Below, piece after piece: positions 6,268-12,204 of a stretch of 12,204 nucleotides of DNA. The DNA is taken from NCBI GenBank assembly GCA_046726415.1, contig JBKPAK010000256.1, positions 1-12,204 on the forward strand. The letters are read 5' to 3'. The notes under the pieces were generated by a model. That model worked only from the letters and a program-made list of their open reading frames with translations. It ran no database searches and was not told where the DNA came from. This DNA comes from Candidatus Methylomirabilota bacterium. GTDB lineage: Bacteria; Methylomirabilota; Methylomirabilia; Rokubacteriales; CSP1-6. Positions within the stretch are counted from its first letter, which is position 1; each line of letters starts with the position of its first letter. The position numbers and the translations under genes are program-made.

Positions 6268-7515
6268 ATGGCGCGCACGCGCGAGACGAACGGTACGCTC
6301 AAGTGCTCGTTCTGCGGCAAGAGCCAGAACGACGTCCGCAAGCTGATCGCCGGCCCCACCGTGTACATCTGCGACGAGTGCATCGAGCTGTGCAACGACA
6401 TCATCGCCGAGGAGTGGGAAGAGGAGAAGAGCCGGGAGATCCGCAGTCTCCCCAAGCCCGCCGAGATCAAGACCGTCCTCGATCAGTATGTCATCGGCCA
6501 GGAGCGGGCCAAGAAGATCCTGTCGGTGGCCGTCCACAACCACTACAAGCGCATCGAGTCGGGGAGCGACGCGGGTGACGTCGAGCTGCAGAAATCCAAC
6601 ATCCTGCTCATCGGCCCCACGGGCTCCGGCAAGACCCTCCTCGCCCAAACACTGGCCAAGCTCCTGCGAGTGCCCTTCACCATCGCCGACGCCACCACCC
6701 TCACCGAGGCGGGTTACGTGGGCGAGGACGTGGAGAACATCATCCTGCGCCTCTTGCAGGCGGCGGACTACGACGTGGAGCGGGCCGAGCGCGGCATCGT
6801 ATACATCGACGAGATCGACAAGATCGCCCGCAAGTCGGAGAACCCCTCCATCACCCGGGACGTCTCCGGCGAGGGCGTGCAGCAGGCCCTCCTCAAGATT
6901 CTGGAAGGTACGGTGGCCAACGTGCCCCCCCAAGGCGGACGCAAACATCCGCACCAGGAGTTCATCCAGGTCGACACGGCGAACGTGCTCTTCGTCTGCG
7001 GTGGGGCCTTCGTGGGGCTGGACAAGATCATCGAGAACCGCGTGGGCCGCTCGGGCATGGGCTTCGGGGCGGAGATCAAAAGCCGCGACGAGCGGCGGGT
7101 GGGGGACCTGCTCTCGGTCATCCAGCCCGAGGATCTGCTGAAGTACGGGCTCATCCCGGAATTCGTGGGGCGGCTGCCCGTCATCGCCACCCTGCACGAC
7201 CTGGACGATCAAGCGCTCGTGCGCATCCTTCGCGAGCCGAAGAACGCCATCATCAAGCAGTATCAGAGATACTTCGACCTCGAGAAGGTGCGCCTCAAGT
7301 TCACCGACGACGCGGTGGCCTCCATCGCGCGGGAGGCGCTCAAGCGCGGCACCGGCGCTCGCGGACTCCGCGCCATTCTCGAGGAGGTCATGCTCGAGAT
7401 CATGTACGAGCTGCCGTCCATCCAGGGGCTGAAGGAGTGCATCATCACCCGCGAGGTGATCATGAATCACGAGCGCCCCGTGCTCGTGACCGAGCCCAAG
7501 GAGCAGTCAGCCTGA
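6268..7515 (+). CDS. clpX: ATP-dependent Clp protease ATP-binding subunit ClpX (415 aa)
   Basis: C4 zinc domain CSFC...ICDEC, Walker A GPTGSGKT, pore loop GYVG, Walker B YIDEID, RKH loop GGRKHP, ClpP-docking loop MGF, TGARGLR. Confidence 0.98.
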   Translation: MARTRETNGTLKCSFCGKSQNDVRKLIAGPTVYICDECIELCNDIIAEEWEEEKSREIRSLPKPAEIKTVLDQYVIGQERAKKILSVAVHNHYKRIESGSDAGDVELQKSNILLIGPTGSGKTLLAQTLAKLLRVPFTIADATTLTEAGYVGEDVENIILRLLQAADYDVERAERGIVYIDEIDKIARKSENPSITRDVSGEGVQQALLKILEGTVANVPPQGGRKHPHQEFIQVDTANVLFVCGGAFVGLDKIIENRVGRSGMGFGAEIKSRDERRVGDLLSVIQPEDLLKYGLIPEFVGRLPVIATLHDLDDQALVRILREPKNAIIKQYQRYFDLEKVRLKFTDDAVASIAREALKRGTGARGLRAILEEVMLEIMYELPSIQGLKECIITREVIMNHERPVLVTEPKEQSA

Positions 7516-7663
7516 TACTCGACGGGGGGCTTGGCCTCCCGATCCGACGGTCGTTGCCCGCCTACCGGCTCGCTCCTCCCCGCCTCCCCTGAGGACTGCG
7601 CGGGCGGGGCCGGCTCCGACGCGCGTTGTGCACAATGGGACGGTGCGCGAACATCTCCCGGGT

Positions 7664-8344
7664 ATGAGGGGAACCCTGTACGTCGTGGCCACGCCGATCG
7701 GGAACTTGGAGGACATCACGCTCCGGACCGTGCGCGTGCTGAAAGAGGTCGATCTGATCGCGTGCGAGGACACCCGGCGCACGCGGACCCTGCTCGCCCG
7801 GTACGAGATCGGGACGCCGACCACCAGCTACTTCGAGCACAACAAGCTGCGCAAGGGGCCATACCTCCTGGGACTTCTCGGCGAAGGCAAGTCGCTGGCG
7901 CTGGTGAGCGACGCGGGCACGCCGGGTATTTCCGACCCCGGCTTTCTCCTCGTGCGCGAGGCCCAAGCGGCGGGCATCTCCGTGGTCCCCGTGCCCGGAC
8001 CCTCTGCCGTGATCACCGCCCTCTCGGCCGCCGGCGTGCCGGCCGATCGCTTCGTCTTCGACGGCTTCCTGCCCGTGAAGCCCGGGCGCCGCCTGAACCG
8101 GCTGCGCGGCTTGCGAGATCTCCAGACGACCGTTGTCCTCTACGAGTCGCCGCACCGGATCGTCGCCACGGTGGGGGCGATCCGGGAGATCTTTGGCGAG
8201 GTCCCGGTGGTGCTGGCCCGCGAGCTCACCAAGCAGTTCGAGGAGATCGCCAGGGCGACGCCGTCCGAGCACCTCGAGCGCCTGGCCTCCGCGCCCGTCC
8301 GCGGCGAGTTCACCCTCGTGATTCCCGCCTCGGCGGCGGGCTGA
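7664..8344 (+). CDS. rsmI: 16S rRNA (cytidine1402-2'-O)-methyltransferase (226 aa, short form)
   Basis: [66 protein letters not shown]. Confidence 0.95.
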   Translation: MRGTLYVVATPIGNLEDITLRTVRVLKEVDLIACEDTRRTRTLLARYEIGTPTTSYFEHNKLRKGPYLLGLLGEGKSLALVSDAGTPGISDPGFLLVREAQAAGISVVPVPGPSAVITALSAAGVPADRFVFDGFLPVKPGRRLNRLRGLRDLQTTVVLYESPHRIVATVGAIREIFGEVPVVLARELTKQFEEIARATPSEHLERLASAPVRGEFTLVIPASAAG

Positions 8345-8368
8345 AGTGCGGAGGCCGAGCCGCCCGCG

Positions 8369-8374
8369 TATACT
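8369..8374 (+). promoter_or_regulatory. Putative -10 element (TATACT) for a near-leaderless thiD transcript
   Basis: TATACT stands out in GC-rich context, 10 nt before ATG 8385. No SD between them. Confidence 0.5.
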
Positions 8375-8384
8375 GCCCTCTCGT

Positions 8385-9173
8385 ATGGCCGTTTCCAAGG
8401 CCCTGACCATCGCCGGCTCCGACTCCGGCGGCGGCGCCGGCATCCAGGCAGATCTCAAGACGTTCTCGGCGTTTCGCGTCTTTGGAATGTCGGTGATCAC
8501 CGCGCTCACCGCCCAGAACTCCGTGGGCGTTCACGGCGTGCTGAACGTCGAGCCGGCGTTCGTGGCCCAGCAGATCGACGTGGTGCTCGAGGACTTTGGC
8601 GCCGACGCGGTGAAGATCGGGATGCTCTCCACGGCGGCGATCGTCCGCGCCGTGGTCGAGCGCCTGCGCGCGCATCGGCACGAGCGCATCGTGGTCGATC
8701 CCGTGATGATCGCCAAATCGGGAGATCCACTGCTCCAGCCGGAGGCCCGCCAGGCCCTGATGAGCGAGCTGTTGCCGCTGGCCTATGTGGTGACGCCGAA
8801 TCTCCACGAGGCGGCGGCGCTGGCCGATATGCCGGTGGCAACCGAGGGTGAGATGGAGGAAGCGGCCCGCCGCATCGCCGCCCTCGGCTCCCGCCACGTG
8901 ATCGTGAAGGGAGGGCACCTCAAGGATTCCGCTACCGACCTCCTGTGGGACGGACGCGCCTTCACGCGCTACCCGGCGCCCCGGATCGAGTCGACCTCGA
9001 CCCACGGGACCGGGTGCACGTTTTCCTCGGCGATCGCCGCCGGCCTCGCGCAGGGCTGCTCCTTGGGCGAGGCGGTGCGGGCGGCCAAGGCCTACGTTAC
9101 GGCGGCCATCCGCGAGGGATTTCAGGCCGGGCACGGCGTGGGTACCCTGCGCCATTTCGTGGCGAGCTGGTAG
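8385..9173 (+). CDS. thiD: Hydroxymethylpyrimidine/phosphomethylpyrimidine kinase (262 aa)
   Basis: [67 protein letters not shown]. Confidence 0.93.
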   Translation: MAVSKALTIAGSDSGGGAGIQADLKTFSAFRVFGMSVITALTAQNSVGVHGVLNVEPAFVAQQIDVVLEDFGADAVKIGMLSTAAIVRAVVERLRAHRHERIVVDPVMIAKSGDPLLQPEARQALMSELLPLAYVVTPNLHEAAALADMPVATEGEMEEAARRIAALGSRHVIVKGGHLKDSATDLLWDGRAFTRYPAPRIESTSTHGTGCTFSSAIAAGLAQGCSLGEAVRAAKAYVTAAIREGFQAGHGVGTLRHFVASW

Positions 9174-9180
9174 GACTCGC

Positions 9181-10029
9181 ATGACCTTATTCAAACGCAC
9201 GCCGCCGCCGGACGACCCCGAGGGGCGCATGTCGTTCATGGAGCACCTCGGTGAGCTTCGCACGCGGATCGTGCGCAGCCTGATAGCCCTGCTCGTCGGT
9301 CTCGTCATCACCCTGCCGTTCAGCGAACGGATCGTCGACTTCCTAGCCCGGCCCATCAAGAAGATGGGCTACACCCTGATCTTCACGTCCCCCACCGAGG
9401 CCTTCTGGGTGCAGATGAAGGTTGCCCTCATGGCGGGGCTCTTTCTCGCGGCGCCCGGCATCCTCTGGCAGGTGTGGCGCTTCGTGGAGCCCGGGCTCCA
9501 CGCCAACGAGAAGAAGTACGCGGTGCCGTTCATCCTGATCGGCTCGGTGCTCTTCATCGGGGGCGGGGCCTTTTCCCTGTTCGTGGTGACGCCGTACGCG
9601 CTCAACTTCCTGCTGAGCTATGCGCGGCCCGGGTTGACCCCCATGATCACATTGCAGAACCACGTGGACTTCCTGCTCAAGTTCACCCTGGCCTTCGGGA
9701 TCGTGTTCGAGCTGCCGCTGGCCATCACGCTGCTCGCCCGCATGGGTGTGGTCTCGGCCAGAATGCTGTCCCGCAACCGCAAGTACGCCATCCTCGGCGC
9801 CTTCATTGTGGCCGCCGTCCTCACCCCGACGCCCGACGTCTTCAATCAGACACTCATGGCCGGCCCCTTGATCCTCCTGTACGAAGTGGGGATCGTCAGC
9901 GCGCGCATCTTCGGGCGGCGGGCCCCCCCACGGAGTCCGGCGGCCTCGAACGGCGGGCCTCCGGATTCCGGCACGATCCCCAGCCCGCCGCCGTCCGCGC
10001 CGGCGGATCAACCCACGATCGGATCGTGA
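9181..10029 (+). CDS. tatC: Twin-arginine translocase subunit TatC (282 aa)
   Basis: MSFMEHLGELRTRI, SPTEAF, QVWRFVEPGLHANEKK, FGIVFELP, AAVLTPTPD, LYEVGI. Six hydrophobic segments. SD AGGA overlaps the thiD stop. Confidence 0.97.
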   Translation: MTLFKRTPPPDDPEGRMSFMEHLGELRTRIVRSLIALLVGLVITLPFSERIVDFLARPIKKMGYTLIFTSPTEAFWVQMKVALMAGLFLAAPGILWQVWRFVEPGLHANEKKYAVPFILIGSVLFIGGGAFSLFVVTPYALNFLLSYARPGLTPMITLQNHVDFLLKFTLAFGIVFELPLAITLLARMGVVSARMLSRNRKYAILGAFIVAAVLTPTPDVFNQTLMAGPLILLYEVGIVSARIFGRRAPPRSPAASNGGPPDSGTIPSPPPSAPADQPTIGS

Positions 10030-11543
10030 TGGACTTCGCGTCCCTCGATCTGCCCGAACCCGTCACCCAGGGCATCCGCCAGGCGGGCTTCGTCACGGCC
10101 ACGCCCATTCAGGAGGCGGCGCTGCCGCTCGCCCTCAAAGGAAAGGACGTGGCCGGTCAGTCGCAGACCGGCACAGGCAAGACGGCGGCCTTCCTGATCG
10201 CCGGCTTCACGCGCCTGCTGCGCTCGCCCGAGCCGCCCCCTGCCCCGGGAACGGCGCCGCGGATACTCATCATCGCGCCCACGCGCGAGCTGGTGGTGCA
10301 GATCGAGGCCGACGCGCGGCTTCTGGGCGCCTTCACCCCGTTCCGGATTCTGGCGGTCTACGGAGGCATCGACTACGCGCGGCAGCGCGACGCTCTCGCC
10401 GCGGGCTGTGACGTGCTCGTGGGCACGCCGGGGCGGCTGATCGACTATCTCAAACAGCACGTGTGGTCGCCCAAGCGCGTGGAGGTCCTCGTCGTCGACG
10501 AAGCCGACCGCATGTTCGACATGGGCTTCATCAGCGACTTGCGCTTTCTCCTTCGCCGCCTCCCCGCCCCCGAGAAGCGACAGTCCTTTCTGTTCTCCGC
10601 GACGCTCTCCTTCCGCGTGCTGGAGCTGACGTGGGAGTTCATGAACAACCCCGCCCAGATCACCATCATGCCGCAGCAGAAGACGGCCGACGGGGTCGCT
10701 CAGACGCTCTACCACGTGGGGCGCGAGGATAAGTTTCGCCTCATCCTGGGGCTTCTGCGGCAGGAGGGGGGCGAGCGGATTCTCATCTTCTGCAACACGC
10801 GCGAGGAGGCGCGGCGTCTGGAGGACCGGCTCACGCGAAACGGCTGGGAGGCCCGCGCCCTGACCGGCGACGTGGAGCAGAGACGACGGCTGCGCATCCT
10901 GAACGACTTCAAGGAGGGCAAGCTTCCGGTGCTGGTCGCCTCGGACGTGGCCTCGCGCGGCCTGCACATCGAGGCGGTCAGCCACGTCGTCAACTGGGAC
11001 TTGCCCCAGGATCCCGAGGACTACGTGCATCGCATCGGCCGCACCGCGCGGGCGGGCGCCGAGGGCAAGGCCATCAGCCTCGTGGACGAGGCCAGTGCGC
11101 TGAACCTCGAGGCGATCGAGAAGTTTCTCGGCCACAAAATCGCCGTGGAATGGCCAGAGGACGACCTCTTCGTGGAGGAAATCAAGCCTTCGACGGAGGA
11201 GCGCCGGCGGTTTGCCGAAGAACGCCGCGCCCGGATCGAGGCCCGCACGCGACGCGATGGGCGGGAGCGGGGGGCGCGTGGCGAACGCCCGCCGCGGCGC
11301 GAGCGACCGCTTCGGCCGGAGGAATCCGCCGATCGTCGCCGGGAGCCCACAGTACCCGCCGCGGAGCCCCGCGAACCGCGCGTGCGGTTCGAAACCGTCT
11401 CGGTGGGGGATCCACTGGGGCCGGTGGCCGCTGGGCCACCTGTCCCAGCGCCCGGCGGTTCCGGCGAATCGCGGGACTCGCGCCGGCGCCGGTCGCGCCG
11501 CCGCCGGCGGGGATCGCCGCCGAGAGGGCCGGCCGGGGCGTAG
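10029..11543 (+). CDS. rhlB: DEAD-box RNA helicase, RhlB-like (504 aa), with Arg/Pro-rich disordered tail
   Basis: Q motif (GF...TPIQ), DVAGQSQTGTGKT, PTREL, TPGRLIDY, DEAD, SAT, SRGLHI, HRIGRTARAG. Segments FSATLSFRVLEL and ALNLEAIEKFLGHKI resemble RhlB specifically. The start overlaps the tatC stop (TGATG); the ORF-track start at 9474 is an in-frame extension through tatC. Confidence 0.85.
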   Translation: MDFASLDLPEPVTQGIRQAGFVTATPIQEAALPLALKGKDVAGQSQTGTGKTAAFLIAGFTRLLRSPEPPPAPGTAPRILIIAPTRELVVQIEADARLLGAFTPFRILAVYGGIDYARQRDALAAGCDVLVGTPGRLIDYLKQHVWSPKRVEVLVVDEADRMFDMGFISDLRFLLRRLPAPEKRQSFLFSATLSFRVLELTWEFMNNPAQITIMPQQKTADGVAQTLYHVGREDKFRLILGLLRQEGGERILIFCNTREEARRLEDRLTRNGWEARALTGDVEQRRRLRILNDFKEGKLPVLVASDVASRGLHIEAVSHVVNWDLPQDPEDYVHRIGRTARAGAEGKAISLVDEASALNLEAIEKFLGHKIAVEWPEDDLFVEEIKPSTEERRRFAEERRARIEARTRRDGRERGARGERPPRRERPLRPEESADRRREPTVPAAEPREPRVRFETVSVGDPLGPVAAGPPVPAPGGSGESRDSRRRRSRRRRRGSPPRGPAGA

Positions 11544-11566
11544 TGCCCGCCGCAGACGAGGCGACA

Positions 11567-12204
11567 ATGGTGAGTGACATGGCCCGGCCAACGATCATCC
11601 TCGAACAAGAGGGGCCGGTCGCGCGGGTGATTCTGAACCGCCCCGAGATCCTTAACGCGGGCAATCGCCCGTGGGTTCGCCGCATGACGGACGTCGTGCG
11701 CACGCTGGCCGAGCGGCGGCCGCGCGTGGTGGTGGTGACGGGAGCCGGCCGCGCCTTCTCCACGGGCGTCGATCTCAAAGCCCTGGCCACCGGCGAGTTC
11801 GGACTGGATGACTTCGTCGCCTGGGAAAGCATGATGGTCGCGCTGGAGCGGCTCGAGGCTCTGACGATAGCGGCCATCAACGGCCACTGCGTGGGCGGCG
11901 GGCTCCAGCTGTCCCTGGTGTGCGACTATCGCCTGGCCAGTGAAGATGCGCTGATCGGCCTGCCCGCGGTCAAGGAGTGTCTGATCCCGTCGATGGCGCT
12001 CTATCGGCTGCCCCGTCTCATTGGGCTGGCGCGGGCGAAGGAGCTGATCCTGCTCGGCGATCTCATCGGCGCTCGCGAGGCCGAGCGCTATGGCGTGCTG
12101 CACCGCGTGGTGTCGGCCGCCGACTTCGCGAAGGCGCTCGACGAGACGATCGAGCGCTTCCTCGCCCTCCCATCGACGAGCGCACTGGCCAGCAAGCGAC
12201 TCAC
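11567..12204 (+). CDS. Enoyl-CoA hydratase/isomerase (crotonase) superfamily protein, truncated by window end (alternative start 11579)
   Basis: My translation: MVSDMARPTIILEQEGPVARVILNRPEILNAGN...VTGAGRAFSTGVDLK...IAAINGHCVGGGLQLSLVCDYRLASEDALIGLPAVKECLIPSMALYRLPRLIGLARAKELILLGD...AREAERYG. No stop before 12204. SD GAGG at 11558-11561. Confidence 0.93.
   Translation, partial: MVSDMARPTIILEQEGPVARVILNRPEILNAGNRPWVRRMTDVVRTLAERRPRVVVVTGAGRAFSTGVDLKALATGEFGLDDFVAWESMMVALERLEALTIAAINGHCVGGGLQLSLVCDYRLASEDALIGLPAVKECLIPSMALYRLPRLIGLARAKELILLGDLIGAREAERYGVLHRVVSAADFAKALDETIERFLALPSTSALASKRL

Noticed and set aside
5497-7470. 657-aa minus-strand ORF (similarly 3910-5466, 7562-8509, 8310-9359, 10008-11591, 11021-12103, and plus-strand 86-1120, 1859-2968)
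   Set aside because: Antisense shadows of well-supported genes, expected with strong GC3 bias; no recognisable motifs.
7565-7613. Second possible stem in the clpX-rsmI spacer as an ncRNA
   Set aside because: Imperfect and G-U rich in very high GC sequence; no recognisable RNA family motif.
7664-8344. RsmI as a truncated pseudogene
   Set aside because: All catalytic-domain motifs through RGEFTLV are intact; short forms lacking the C-terminal domain are common.
9474-10028. 185-aa N-terminal extension of the helicase in the ORF track
   Set aside because: Overlaps tatC out of frame. Helicase homology starts at MDFASLDL (10029) with a TGATG coupling.
11460-11545. CGCCGG-type repeats as a repeat array or CRISPR
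   Set aside because: Explained by poly-Arg codons of the helicase tail; no repeat-spacer periodicity seen anywhere in the window.

Overview
High-GC bacterial window with two divergent blocks. Minus strand (3899->35): a Ser-rich lipoprotein, a 638-aa exported protein with split His/Cys papain-like (DUF4105/Lnb-like) motifs, and a cobalamin-dependent radical SAM methylase that looks like the hopanoid C-3 methylase HpnR. Plus strand (4089->end): tRNA-Leu(TAG), tig, clpP, clpX, rsmI, thiD, tatC, an RhlB-like DEAD-box helicase and a crotonase-family gene running off the window (absent from the ORF track). No mobile element, integrase or CRISPR array is visible. The best candidate for an undescribed system is the tightly coupled lipoprotein / His-Cys enzyme / hpnR cassette, a possible envelope-modification module. 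Secondary oddities are a crotonase lacking both catalytic glutamates, a trigger factor with a degenerate PPIase pocket, leaderless-type promoters and alternative hairpins in two leaders. Composition and gene style suggest Methylomirabilota/Rokubacteria, but this is an unverified impression. All family calls come from motif recognition by eye; no searches were run.
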